64,000 nucleotides of DNA. Origin: Pseudomonadota bacterium (GTDB lineage Bacteria; Campylobacterota; Campylobacteria; Campylobacterales; Sulfurimonadaceae). The notes beneath the pieces were generated by a model that was not told where the DNA came from, made no database searches, and saw only the letters and a program-made list of their open reading frames with translations. Numbering within the stretch: position 1 is the first letter of the stretch; each line of letters begins with the position of its first letter. This document shows, one piece after another, positions 48,969 to 59,791 of this stretch. The stretch spans positions 32,001 through 96,000 of the forward strand of contig JAZDQA010000004.1 of the NCBI GenBank assembly GCA_043797085.1. Reading direction: 5' to 3'. The translations under genes were made by a program, and so were the position numbers.

Positions 48969-49806
48969 GATTGTACCAGACTCGATAACGAATATAGGTT
49001 TTTTGTGCGGGTCTTGGATATTGTGCATACGCCAGTTCAATCGTCTCTTTTGTCGTATCATCCAAGATTGCAAAACGGCTGTTTTTTAGATAACGAATAT
49101 CAGAAATACTACCGTCGGGATGAAGATAAAACTCGATAGTATTGGTCTCATCAACGCGAAGATTATCAGGAATACGTGAACGTCCGTATCGATCCAAAAC
49201 TCCTTGGGTAATACGTCGCATCACCTCTTGATTATCCAATATATATTTTTGCTCCCCTTCAGAAAGTTCACCAAATTTGTCTCCATAAAGTTTTTTGACA
49301 CTATCATTAATTTTGATGCTCGATTTTGAGGAAGATTTAACTTCAGGATCAGCTTGCGAGAGAATATCGTAGAGCCCTTTCTCTTTTTTGGGCTGGGGTT
49401 TGTGCTCTATAGTGGCTACTTCTTTGGCAACATGACGCTCGAATGCTTTTTTCGGTTCAACGGGAACTGTTGGCTGTATCGGTGGTGTGGATTGTACGGT
49501 TGGTGCAGTTTGCTTGGGAACCTGTTTTGGTTGTTGAGGAGTGGGAGTTTTAAGCTGTTCCCCTTTGGGCATGGGACGAGCTTTAGTCATTTTAGGGATT
49601 TCATTTTTTACCAATGCTTCTTTAGCTGCTTTAGGCTTCTCTTTTAGAGAGAGTTTAAATCGCGATTCACTTACCTTTTCTTCTTTTGGGGGAGGTGGAG
49701 GAACAGGGGTGATTTTCTCTATAAATGCAAGCAAGAGTATAACAATGATGTGTACCAGTACAGCGATTAGTAAAGCATAAAGAGAAAAAGAGGGACGCTG
49801 CTGCAA
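48955..49806 (-). CDS. TonB-family energy transducer-like protein (TM, Pro/Lys-rich linker, TonB C-terminal domain)
   Basis: TM with ..AVLVH, Pro-rich linker, C-terminal FYLHPDGSI..SRFAILD. Start uncertain. Confidence 0.75.
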   Translation of the reverse strand: MQQRPSFSLYALLIAVLVHIIVILLLAFIEKITPVPPPPPKEEKVSESRFKLSLKEKPKAAKEALVKNEIPKMTKARPMPKGEQLKTPTPQQPKQVPKQTAPTVQSTPPIQPTVPVEPKKAFERHVAKEVATIEHKPQPKKEKGLYDILSQADPEVKSSSKSSIKINDSVKKLYGDKFGELSEGEQKYILDNQEVMRRITQGVLDRYGRSRIPDNLRVDETNTIEFYLHPDGSISDIRYLKNSRFAILDDTTKETIELAYAQYPRPAQKTYIRYRVWYNLTGY

Positions 49807-49906
49807 TGAAAGTTCCAAATATGGTGTAATTGTGGGAATTATAGCCAAATCATTGTAAATGACCTTATATCGGGTTAATGGACGTATGGTTATAATATGA
49901 ATACCT

Positions 49907-50077
49907 AAGCTAATGTTATGCACATTGAGTGATTTTTTTGAGAATTCAACTTTAAAAAGTCGTATTTTTCTTTCGTCATTCCCGCGAAGGCGGGAATCCA
50001 GCTTTGTTTTACGGGGATGGATCCCCGGGTCAAGCCCGAGGATGACGGGAAATAAATTTACTGCTTAAGGTCAGTTA
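49907..50077. mobile_element. MITE-like element, copy 3, carrying a dRS3-like palindrome
   Basis: Left end AAGCTAATGTTATGCACATTGAGTGATTTTTTTGAGAATTCAAC; right end CTGCTTAAGGTCAGTTA. Confidence 0.65.
49974..50047. repeat. Palindromic repeat with ATTCCC-N8-GGGAAT core
   Basis: CGTCATTCCCGCGAAGGCGGGAATCCA ... TGGATCCCCGGGTCAAGCCCGAGGATGACG. Confidence 0.75.
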
Positions 50078-50098
50078 CAAAAATAAGGATAAATATTT

Positions 50099-51382
50099 AT
50101 GACAATTAATCATTCGCAAGAAGCATTTGCAAAAGCTCAAGAACTCATTCCGGGTGGTGTCAATTCGCCCGTTCGTGCATTTAAAAGTGTTGGAGGAATT
50201 CCTCGCTTTATTGCTAGCGGAGAGGGTGCATATCTCATTGATATTGATGACAATCGTTACATAGATTACGTTCAAAGTTGGGGTCCGTTGATTTTTGGAC
50301 ACCGTGATGAGAGTATCGAAAATGCTGTTATTGAAGCGGTAAAACATGGTCTCAGTTTCGGTGCACCGACGGAAGCAGAATCTGAACTCGCAGAACTTAT
50401 CATCTCTATCTATGGCTCGATTGAAAAAGTCCGTTTTGTCAGCAGCGGAACGGAGGCCGTTATGAGTGCTATTCGTTTGGCTCGCGGTTTTACCCTTCGT
50501 GATGATATTGTTAAATTTACGGGATGCTACCACGGTCACAGTGACGCATTGCTTGTCCAAGCGGGTTCAGGTGCAGCAACTTTTGGCACACCAAGTTCCC
50601 CAGGAGTACCGGCTGATTTTACCAAACACACACTTTTAGCAGAATACAACAATATAGAAAGCGTGCGCAAATGTTTTCAGGAGAGTGAGGGAATCGCATG
50701 TGTTATCATCGAACCCATCGCCGGAAATATGGGACTTGTTCCTGCCGATAAAGATTTCCTTGCGCAGCTGCGAGCATTGTGTGATGAATACGGTGCATTG
50801 TTGATTTTTGATGAAGTGATGAGCGGATTTCGTGCGTGCTTGCATGGTGCAGAGAGTATCACAGGAACCAAGCCTGATTTGGTAACACTGGGTAAAGTCA
50901 TCGGCGGAGGAATGCCTGTGGGTGCTTTTGGCGGACGTCGCGACATTATGGGACATCTCTCACCTGAGGGTGGCGTGTATCAAGCTGGCACGCTTAGCGG
51001 TAATCCAGTAGCCATGGCAGCAGGATTGGCATCGATTCGCAAGATCAAACAAAATGCTCGTTTATACGGAATCCTTGAAACGAGAGCAAAGCGTCTAATG
51101 CAAGGGTTTAATGATGCAGCGCTTAAAAACAATATCGGATTACAAACCGATGTTCGCGGTTCAATGTTTGGGTTTTTCTTTTCGAATGAGCCTGTCCATA
51201 ATTTTGCCGATGCATTGAAAAGTGATACATCACGATTTGCCCGTTTTCATGCAGGCATGCTCGATGCTGGATTTTATTTTGCGTGTTCACAGTTTGAAAC
51301 TGGGTTTATTTGTACGGCGATTACCGATACGATGATTGAAGAGACGATTGCTGCGGCAGAGTCGATATTTGGAGAATTATAA
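50099..51382 (+). CDS. hemL: Glutamate-1-semialdehyde 2,1-aminomutase
   Basis: [39 protein letters not shown]. Confidence 0.98.
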   Translation: MTINHSQEAFAKAQELIPGGVNSPVRAFKSVGGIPRFIASGEGAYLIDIDDNRYIDYVQSWGPLIFGHRDESIENAVIEAVKHGLSFGAPTEAESELAELIISIYGSIEKVRFVSSGTEAVMSAIRLARGFTLRDDIVKFTGCYHGHSDALLVQAGSGAATFGTPSSPGVPADFTKHTLLAEYNNIESVRKCFQESEGIACVIIEPIAGNMGLVPADKDFLAQLRALCDEYGALLIFDEVMSGFRACLHGAESITGTKPDLVTLGKVIGGGMPVGAFGGRRDIMGHLSPEGGVYQAGTLSGNPVAMAAGLASIRKIKQNARLYGILETRAKRLMQGFNDAALKNNIGLQTDVRGSMFGFFFSNEPVHNFADALKSDTSRFARFHAGMLDAGFYFACSQFETGFICTAITDTMIEETIAAAESIFGEL

Positions 51383-51383
51383 T

Positions 51384-51686
51384 ATGGAAACTGAAGAACA
51401 CAAACCACGAATAAAACCAATCATTGAAGGAGCGGAAAGTTTATCGCTTGGAATCTCAATGGTGGTTGCTGTCTTAATCGGTGTGGGAATAGGGCTGGGT
51501 CTCAAAAAGCTCACGGGTATCACATGGCTCTTGTGGATCGGGGTTGCTATCGGAATTGGCGCAGCATTTTTGAATGTTTATAAAGCCTACAGCAAGCAAT
51601 ACAAAGAGTTTGAAAAAATGGCAAAAGATCCTCGTTACAATATGGGTAAATCTCAAAAAGATGATGACGATGACGACGAAGATTAA
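51384..51686 (+). CDS. AtpZ/AtpI-family small membrane protein
   Basis: SLGISMVVAVLIGVGIG..W.LWIG..IG..AAFLNVYK; follows hemL, as in related genomes. Confidence 0.8.
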   Translation: METEEHKPRIKPIIEGAESLSLGISMVVAVLIGVGIGLGLKKLTGITWLLWIGVAIGIGAAFLNVYKAYSKQYKEFEKMAKDPRYNMGKSQKDDDDDDED

Positions 51687-52173
51687 AAGAACGCTCATCT
51701 TTCTAATAGTTTTACAAACTCCAATAGCCCTTTTACTCTTTATTTCGAAAGCAGTTTTTGCAAGTTTTGAAGTTGCATTACTTTCAGGAGCAGTAATTAT
51801 CATGGGATCGTTGTACGCGTATCGAAATATGATCCGTACCCGAACTCTTGATGTGGAGATTGGCGACAGTAAAGACATTATAGATATGATGGACGATCCT
51901 TACGACATATACGAAGAAGATCGCGAAGGCGAAGTACAAGATATAAAAGAACTGATAAAAGAAGAAAAAGCAAAACAAAAGCAAAATATTATTGAAAATA
52001 CCACTAAAAATTCAGCTGCATGGGTTTCAGTCTATCGATTGCTTCCGTATGCTTTTTTAGTATTAGGTTTTCTCGGACTTCAAAACAATCATTCTTTAGA
52101 GCTTCTCCCTTATTTGACAGGGTTGGGCGTCGGAATTATCGCAGGATATTTTTTTGCAAAAGAGTGGTTTTAA
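51661..52173 (+). CDS. Hypothetical membrane protein
   Basis: About four hydrophobic segments with an acidic loop; start uncertain. Confidence 0.7.
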   Translation: MMTMTTKIKRTLIFLIVLQTPIALLLFISKAVFASFEVALLSGAVIIMGSLYAYRNMIRTRTLDVEIGDSKDIIDMMDDPYDIYEEDREGEVQDIKELIKEEKAKQKQNIIENTTKNSAAWVSVYRLLPYAFLVLGFLGLQNNHSLELLPYLTGLGVGIIAGYFFAKEWF

Positions 52174-52191
52174 GCCGTTTAAAGCTAAAAC

Positions 52192-52878
52192 CTACTTAGT
52201 GATCATCGGGATATTGATCGTTACTTTTGCCTCTTTTATGTCTATGGAGAGGTGATTTTCTTCGGCGAGACTACTCAGTTCTGAAAGGTATCTGCGGCTC
52301 ATGTTGGGAGCGGATAGCTCTATGGCAAAGAGTGAATATTTGACATTTTCAAACTTTACGTGCTCTCCGACTCGAAAATAAAGTCGTGTTAATATGCTCA
52401 TATTTTCACTGAATGATTGATAGGTTTTGTTGAGTAGTTTAATGAAAAGTTCTGCATGAAGACGTATTTCCGGCAAAGTAGGGTCAAGTTCTTTGGGATA
52501 GCGTATGGTGCTGCCAATAGAGTTGGAGCTGATACATAAATCAATCAAGGTATAGATATTTATCAGCTGACCTTCTGGTTTTTGTTTGGCAAAATTAAAA
52601 GAGGGGAGCTGATAGAGTCGTATCCCTATTTGTTCTTCATCTTCGTATCCTACTGTGATACCGAAAAATTTAAAACGTCCAAATTCAAGATCCAAAAAGG
52701 TTGTTTTAAATCCAAATGAGGAGCTTGCATAGGTAGTGGCTATTTCATAAAGAACGGAAGCTTCAACCGCACCAAGTACATATTGAGCTTCCGTATTGAG
52801 AGAGAGTATTTTACCATTCGAACTAAAAAGAACAAAGGGGTTGAAGTCAAATTCAATCCACTGTTGATCGAATGTCAT
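52192..52878 (-). CDS. Hypothetical protein downstream of rpoD (PAS-like N-terminus)
   Basis: 228-aa ORF translationally coupled to rpoD. Confidence 0.78.
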   Translation of the reverse strand: MTFDQQWIEFDFNPFVLFSSNGKILSLNTEAQYVLGAVEASVLYEIATTYASSSFGFKTTFLDLEFGRFKFFGITVGYEDEEQIGIRLYQLPSFNFAKQKPEGQLINIYTLIDLCISSNSIGSTIRYPKELDPTLPEIRLHAELFIKLLNKTYQSFSENMSILTRLYFRVGEHVKFENVKYSLFAIELSAPNMSRRYLSELSSLAEENHLSIDIKEAKVTINIPMITK

Positions 52879-54746
52879 CAGTCCTCGATATAATTTTTAA
52901 GTTTACGACCCACTTTTGGGTGCTTGAGTTTTTTGATCGCACTGCTCTCGATTTGACGGACACGCTCACGGGTAACGTTGAGCTCTTTACCAATCTCTTC
53001 TAATGTACGGTCACTCTCGTCATCCATAATTCCGAAACGCATTTTAATAACCGCTTTTTCGCGCTCATTAAGCTGTTCAAGAACCCCTTCGATTTGTACC
53101 TTCAAGTCATCCTTGAGAATAGCATCGGATGGAGAAATGGACATTTTATCTTCGATGAAGTCACCAAAACGTCCATCTTCTTCATTACCGATTGGAGCTT
53201 CAAGAGAGATAGGCTCTTTGGTAATCTTGATAACATTTTTGACTTTTTCAACCGATAAGCCCACTTCTTCTGCGATGGTTTCAACATCCGGCTCTTTTCC
53301 GTGCTCTTGGAGATGCTTACGCATGATTTTGTTGATACGATTGATGGTCTCGATCATGTGAATCGGGATACGAATCGTTCGTGCTTGGTCGGCGATGGCA
53401 CGGCTGATGGCTTGACGAATCCACCATGTCGCGTAGGTGGAAAATTTATACCCTTTTTGGTATTCGAATTTATCAACTGCTTTCATCAAACCGATATTTC
53501 CCTCTTGAATCAAATCCAAGAACGGTAAGCCACGGTTGGTATAGCGTTTTGCGATGGAGACAACGAGACGGAGATTGGATTTCGCCATACGCGTTTTAGC
53601 AATCTCTGAGATGCTTTTACCCCGCTTGATCTGTTCCAAAATATCGGCAAGTTTTTCAGGCTCCATATCAAATCCGCCTTTTGAGGCTTCTTTGGTTTGG
53701 ATGAGTTTTTTAATCTCCATGTAGGTACTGACCATTGTGGCTTCGGGTACTTTGCTCGAAATCTCTTCTTTGGTCAAATCACAGATTTTCTCTAAAATAA
53801 CTTTGTGATTTTTCTTGAGCTGCTCATTGAAAAGAGGAAGTTTATACTCCAAACGCTTGAGCTCACGGTCAAATCCTTCATCACTTCGAAGAGCAGTTTC
53901 CATAGAGCGAACCAACTCATTGATAAGCTTAGACGTTGGTCCAAGATCCAAAAGAGCTTCTTTAAGGGTTTTTTTCTTGAAACTGAGATTTAGGAAAAAT
54001 AAAACGTAATCTGAATCCATTTGATCCAACGTGCGCTCTTCGAGCATTTTTTCCGTTGCTTTTGACCACTCTTTTTTGGCTTTTTCAAGGGCTTTAAAAG
54101 AGGTTACAACTTTTTCAATCCGTTTTTTATCTTTGACGGAAGGAGCTTTTTCTTTTACCTCTTCCTCATCATCTACAGTATCATCATCACCGTCACTCTC
54201 TGTCTCTTCTTCTTCTCCGTCTTCGAAGCTTTTAAAGAGTTCTTTGACACGACGTTCACGATTAATAAGCGGATCTTTATAGTCAAGGATAAAATCAATC
54301 AAATAGGGGACAGAACAAATAGCATCGATGATAATGCCTTCACCCGACTCCATACGTTTTGAAATTTCAACCTCTTCTTCTTTGGTTAAGAGAGGAATTT
54401 GTCCCATTTCACGTAAGTACATACGGACAGGGGAATCAGAGCGTGACCACTCAAGAAGTTCATGCTGCTTGAGAATATCAAACTGATCGCTGCTCGCTTC
54501 TTCAATGTATTTAAGCTGTGCTACACGGCGCGCCTCAGCCTCTTGCTGGTTGAGGATTTTGGCATGTTCTGACGACGTAAAAAGACAAATTTTGTATTTT
54601 TCGGCAAGCTTTAAAATATTTTTGGCTTGAGCAGAGGTAGGCTGCTTGTCGTAGGCTTCGACAATCGCTTCATACGTTAAGCAATTTTTCGATTTGTGTT
54701 CTGAAAATAGTGTTTCGAGATGTTTGTTTAAATCTTTGACGCTCAT
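52878..54746 (-). CDS. rpoD: RNA polymerase primary sigma factor
   Basis: [46 protein letters not shown]. Confidence 0.99.
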   Translation of the reverse strand: MSVKDLNKHLETLFSEHKSKNCLTYEAIVEAYDKQPTSAQAKNILKLAEKYKICLFTSSEHAKILNQQEAEARRVAQLKYIEEASSDQFDILKQHELLEWSRSDSPVRMYLREMGQIPLLTKEEEVEISKRMESGEGIIIDAICSVPYLIDFILDYKDPLINRERRVKELFKSFEDGEEEETESDGDDDTVDDEEEVKEKAPSVKDKKRIEKVVTSFKALEKAKKEWSKATEKMLEERTLDQMDSDYVLFFLNLSFKKKTLKEALLDLGPTSKLINELVRSMETALRSDEGFDRELKRLEYKLPLFNEQLKKNHKVILEKICDLTKEEISSKVPEATMVSTYMEIKKLIQTKEASKGGFDMEPEKLADILEQIKRGKSISEIAKTRMAKSNLRLVVSIAKRYTNRGLPFLDLIQEGNIGLMKAVDKFEYQKGYKFSTYATWWIRQAISRAIADQARTIRIPIHMIETINRINKIMRKHLQEHGKEPDVETIAEEVGLSVEKVKNVIKITKEPISLEAPIGNEEDGRFGDFIEDKMSISPSDAILKDDLKVQIEGVLEQLNEREKAVIKMRFGIMDDESDRTLEEIGKELNVTRERVRQIESSAIKKLKHPKVGRKLKNYIED

Positions 54747-54832
54747 ACGCTAAAAGCTCCCTTGCGGTTTTAAAAAGAATCGGATTATACCGAAATCTTA
54801 TTAAAAAAGCCTAAACTAGAATTATTAAAAAG

Positions 54833-54849
54833 TGGAATAGCCTTTGCTT
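54833..54849 (+). promoter_or_regulatory. Sigma54 (-24/-12) promoter of flgF-flgG
   Basis: TGGAATAGCCTTTGCTT has GG-N10-GC spacing, about 35 nt upstream of the ATG. Confidence 0.85.
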
Positions 54850-54881
54850 TAGACGTTTAATATTGAATTTGGAGAGTACCA

Positions 54882-55706
54882 ATGCAAACAGGATATTACG
54901 CTGCGACGGGTGGAATGATTACTCAATTCAACCGTATTGATACCATTGCAGCCAACTTGGCTAATGCTAATACCTCCGGCTACAAGAAAGAGCAATTAAT
55001 TACAGGTGATTTCGCAAAAATCTATAAAGAGGCTAGGGATACTCTTCCGCTCAAAAATGATACGACAGAAGCTGCTTTGTATTTAAATCGATCTTTGGCA
55101 CGTGTTCCACAAATAACCGATGCGTATACGGATTTTTCACAAGGGACACTGCAAAAAACCGATAATTCTTTGGATTTGGCACTTGCTAAAGAAGGACAGT
55201 TTTTTGCAGTGAATACACCTCAAGGAGCGCGTTTGACACGGGATGGGCTCTTTACTCTCAATGATGAGGGGAAACTAGTGAATAAGCAAGGATATGAAGT
55301 ACTCTCCAGTGATTACTTTCAATCTAAAACAGCTATTAAGCTTAATCCTGAAGATTCAGTCATAAGCATTGATAAAAATGGGCTTATCAGCACTAATGTT
55401 CCCGGCTCTACGCAGATGATAGCCGGTAAAAAGCTCATGATAGTGGAACCGCAAAACATCCGTTTGCTCAAAAAAGAGGGAGATAACCTCTACATTCCGG
55501 ACACTTCTGTTCCTCTGACTCCTGTTGATCAAAGCGGGGGAGTCATGCAAGGTTATACGGAAAAGAGCAATGTTAATTCGGTGAATGAGATGATAGGTCT
55601 TATCGAAGCTAATCGGCTTGTTGGAATGTACCAAAAAGCAATGGATGCTCAGATGAATGATATGAATCGCGATGCTATTGAAAAAATCGCTGTTACTCGA
55701 CGATAA
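54882..55706 (+). CDS. flgF: Flagellar basal-body rod protein FlgF (FlgG2)
   Basis: ANLANANTSGYK, LTRDG, EKSNVN. Confidence 0.88.
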   Translation: MQTGYYAATGGMITQFNRIDTIAANLANANTSGYKKEQLITGDFAKIYKEARDTLPLKNDTTEAALYLNRSLARVPQITDAYTDFSQGTLQKTDNSLDLALAKEGQFFAVNTPQGARLTRDGLFTLNDEGKLVNKQGYEVLSSDYFQSKTAIKLNPEDSVISIDKNGLISTNVPGSTQMIAGKKLMIVEPQNIRLLKKEGDNLYIPDTSVPLTPVDQSGGVMQGYTEKSNVNSVNEMIGLIEANRLVGMYQKAMDAQMNDMNRDAIEKIAVTRR

Positions 55707-55722
55707 TTAAGGAGATAAAATT

Positions 55723-56511
55723 ATGATGCAATCACTTTACACTAGTTCTACGGGAATGATGGCTATGCAAACCCAAATCGATACCACGGCGAATAATATT
55801 GCCAACGTTAATACGATGGGATATAAAAAATCACGTGCTGAATTTGCGGATTTGATGTATAAAGTTATGACGTATGCGGGAACGTCTACGAGTGATACAA
55901 CTAAATCTCCAACGGGAATTGAAGTTGGTCTTGGGGTACGTCCGACAGCTATTAATAAAATATTTTCGGAAGGGAGTTTAAAGCAAACCGATAACTCTCT
56001 TGATTTGGCAATTACGGGAAAAGGATTTTTGAAGTTACAGCTTCCTAATGGCACGGAAGTGTACACTCGAAACGGTTCATTAAAAGTGGATCAAAATGGG
56101 ACACTGGTGAATTCAGACGGATATACGGTCATTCCTGAAATTGTTATTCCCGATGATGCCATTGATATTAGTATCGGAACAGACGGTATTGTCAGTGTCA
56201 CTCAACCGGGACAAGCACAAGCAACCCAAGTAGGGCAACTTACCCTTACAAACTTTATCAATCCGGCGGGTCTGCATGCAATGGGAGACAATCTTTTTGT
56301 CGAAACGGACAGTTCTGGACAACCTGTCGAAGGTACACCGGGAGATACCGGATTAGGCAGTATCAGACAAGGGTTTGTGGAGCTTTCAAACGTTCAGTTG
56401 GTTGTTGAACTTACCGACCTTATTACAGGTCAGCGTGCATACGATGCGAATTCAAAAGTAATTACGACGAGTGATGAAATGTTAGCAACAACCAATGGAT
56501 TGAAACGATAA
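55723..56511 (+). CDS. flgG: Flagellar basal-body rod protein FlgG
   Basis: ANNIANVNTMGYK, YTRNG, ELSNV..QRAYDANSKVI. Confidence 0.95.
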   Translation: MMQSLYTSSTGMMAMQTQIDTTANNIANVNTMGYKKSRAEFADLMYKVMTYAGTSTSDTTKSPTGIEVGLGVRPTAINKIFSEGSLKQTDNSLDLAITGKGFLKLQLPNGTEVYTRNGSLKVDQNGTLVNSDGYTVIPEIVIPDDAIDISIGTDGIVSVTQPGQAQATQVGQLTLTNFINPAGLHAMGDNLFVETDSSGQPVEGTPGDTGLGSIRQGFVELSNVQLVVELTDLITGQRAYDANSKVITTSDEMLATTNGLKR

Positions 56512-56517
56512 GATAAC

Positions 56518-56535
56518 CCGTTCGTAGCGAACGGA
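56518..56535. terminator. Hairpin between convergent flgG and adk
   Basis: CCGTTCG-TAG-CGAACGG. Confidence 0.5.
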
Positions 56536-56539
56536 ATTA

Positions 56540-57780
<1,241 letters not shown>

Positions 57781-57802
57781 TAATTTGATCCTTTTTATAA
57801 TC

Positions 57803-57912
57803 TGCCCTAAAAGGGCAAGCGTTTCAAAGAAACATCGCTAAACGCGAGCGGTTCCCTTGTTTTGTGCCTTAGCGGCTAGCGTAGCCGATGGGGCTTTTGC
57901 TCCATTGGCGTC
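57803..57912. repeat. GC-rich multi-hairpin intergenic element
   Basis: TGCCCTAAAAGGGCA, GTTTCAAAGAAAC, CGGCTAGCGTAGCCG, GCCGATGGGGCTTTTGCTCCATTGGC. Confidence 0.5.
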
Positions 57913-59667
57913 TTATTTAATGGTTTCACGAAGGCGGATATGAAGTTCACGAAGTTGAGTGAGCTCCACCGGACTTGGTGCTTGCGTCATAATACAAGAT
58001 GCTTTTTGTGTTTTCGGGAACGCGATAACGTCACGAATACTGTCTTTTTTCGATAATAGCATCATGAAACGGTCAAATCCGATCGCAAAACCACCGTGTG
58101 GAGGTGCTCCGAATTTGAGAGCATCGAGAAGGAATCCGAATTTTTCTTGTGCTTCTTCTTCTTCAATTCCCAACAATCTAAAGATTTGTTCTTGAAGAGC
58201 TTGCTTGTGGATACGTATTGATCCGCCACCAAGTTCTGTACCGTTTAGAACGATGTCATACGCGATGGATTCAATGTCTTCAAGATGCTCATGATTCAAA
58301 TCACGTGGCATAGTAAAGGGGTGGTGAAGCGCTTTGACACGACCGTCTTCGATTTCGAACATCGGGAAATCAACAACCCATACGAATTCAAAACGGTCTT
58401 TGTCGATAAGATTCATTTTTTCATGTTCTGCAATGAAGATGCGGAAACGTCCCATATAGTCCCAAACCGTTTTCTTATCTCCGGCACCGAAGAAGACAAC
58501 GTCACCAACTTGAAGTTCAGTACGATCCACAAGAAGCTGTAAATCTTCAGCAGTAAAGAATTTTTCCAATGGTCCTTTGAGACCATCTTCTTTCATTTGG
58601 AAATATCCAAGTCCTTTTGCTCCGAATTTACGGACATAATCTTCAAAACTTTTCATTTCACGTTTTGAGAAGACCAAATCAGCCCCTGGAACACGAAGCG
58701 CTTTGATACGGTTCATTTTTGGATTTGCAGCAATAGCGGTGAAGATTTCATTATCACTACGTTCAAAAATATCGATAACATCAACCATTTTTAGGTCATA
58801 GCGAAGATCCGGTTTGTCTGATCCATACCACTCCATCGCATCCGAGTATTTGATACGGTTAAAAGGAGTAACCACCGTATGTCCTGCACTTGCGAACATT
58901 CCGACAATTAATTCTTCTGCAACACGGATAACGTCTTCTTGATTACAAAATGACATTTCGACATCGATTTGAGTAAATTCCGGTTGACGATCGGCACGTA
59001 AATCTTCATCGCGGAAACATTTCGCGATTTGAAAATAACGGTCAAATCCACCTACCATCAAAAGCTGTTTAAACAACTGCGGTGATTGGGGAAGGGCGTA
59101 GAACTCACCCTCGTGTACACGGCTAGGGACGAGATAATCTCGTGCACCTTCAGGGGTTGATTTGGTCAAAATCGGAGTTTCGACTTCCAAAAATCCTAGA
59201 CTGTCAAGAACGTTACGTGCGGCAATAGCGGCTTTTGAGCGAAGTAAAAAAGTGTTGTACATCGCGGGATTACGCAAATCTAAATAGCGGTATTTAAGAC
59301 GTATCTCTTCACCGACATTGTTGTCACCAATCATAAAAGGGACAGCTTCAGAACGGTTTTCGATAATAAGCTCATCCACGATCACTTCGATAGCACCGGT
59401 TTTGAGACGCGGGTTAACCAGTCCTTCGCCACGAGCGCGAATACGTCCATGTGCTATGAGGACAAACTCATCACGAACTTCACTCGCCAATTTGTGCGCA
59501 TTTGCATTGTCAGCAGGGTCACAAACGAGTTGGATCAAACCGCTTTTATCGCGTAAATCAATAAAAACGATACCACCGTGGTCGCGGTGACTGTTCGCCC
59601 AACCACATAAAACGACTTTTTCGCCAACGTTTGTTTCATTTAATTCAGTACAAAAATGACTTCTCAA
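57913..59667 (-). CDS. aspS: Aspartyl-tRNA synthetase (probably non-discriminating)
   Basis: MRSH, RDHGG (His of the non-discriminating type), [23 protein letters not shown]. Confidence 0.98.
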   Translation of the reverse strand: MRSHFCTELNETNVGEKVVLCGWANSHRDHGGIVFIDLRDKSGLIQLVCDPADNANAHKLASEVRDEFVLIAHGRIRARGEGLVNPRLKTGAIEVIVDELIIENRSEAVPFMIGDNNVGEEIRLKYRYLDLRNPAMYNTFLLRSKAAIAARNVLDSLGFLEVETPILTKSTPEGARDYLVPSRVHEGEFYALPQSPQLFKQLLMVGGFDRYFQIAKCFRDEDLRADRQPEFTQIDVEMSFCNQEDVIRVAEELIVGMFASAGHTVVTPFNRIKYSDAMEWYGSDKPDLRYDLKMVDVIDIFERSDNEIFTAIAANPKMNRIKALRVPGADLVFSKREMKSFEDYVRKFGAKGLGYFQMKEDGLKGPLEKFFTAEDLQLLVDRTELQVGDVVFFGAGDKKTVWDYMGRFRIFIAEHEKMNLIDKDRFEFVWVVDFPMFEIEDGRVKALHHPFTMPRDLNHEHLEDIESIAYDIVLNGTELGGGSIRIHKQALQEQIFRLLGIEEEEAQEKFGFLLDALKFGAPPHGGFAIGFDRFMMLLSKKDSIRDVIAFPKTQKASCIMTQAPSPVELTQLRELHIRLRETIK

Positions 59668-59791
59668 ATCAAAGTCCTTGGGTTAATTTTTCGCAATTAT
59701 ACCGCTTACAATCTTTTGGTTTGATAATAGTGAAGTTAGTGGTTAGTGATGGTGCTATAATTCGCGAATAAAAGAACTGTATTAAATAAGG

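Noticed and set aside
49807..49923. N-terminal extension of the TonB-like ORF from the ORF track
   Set aside because: The ORF-track start lies inside the MITE-like element end; a downstream start before the TM segment is more plausible.
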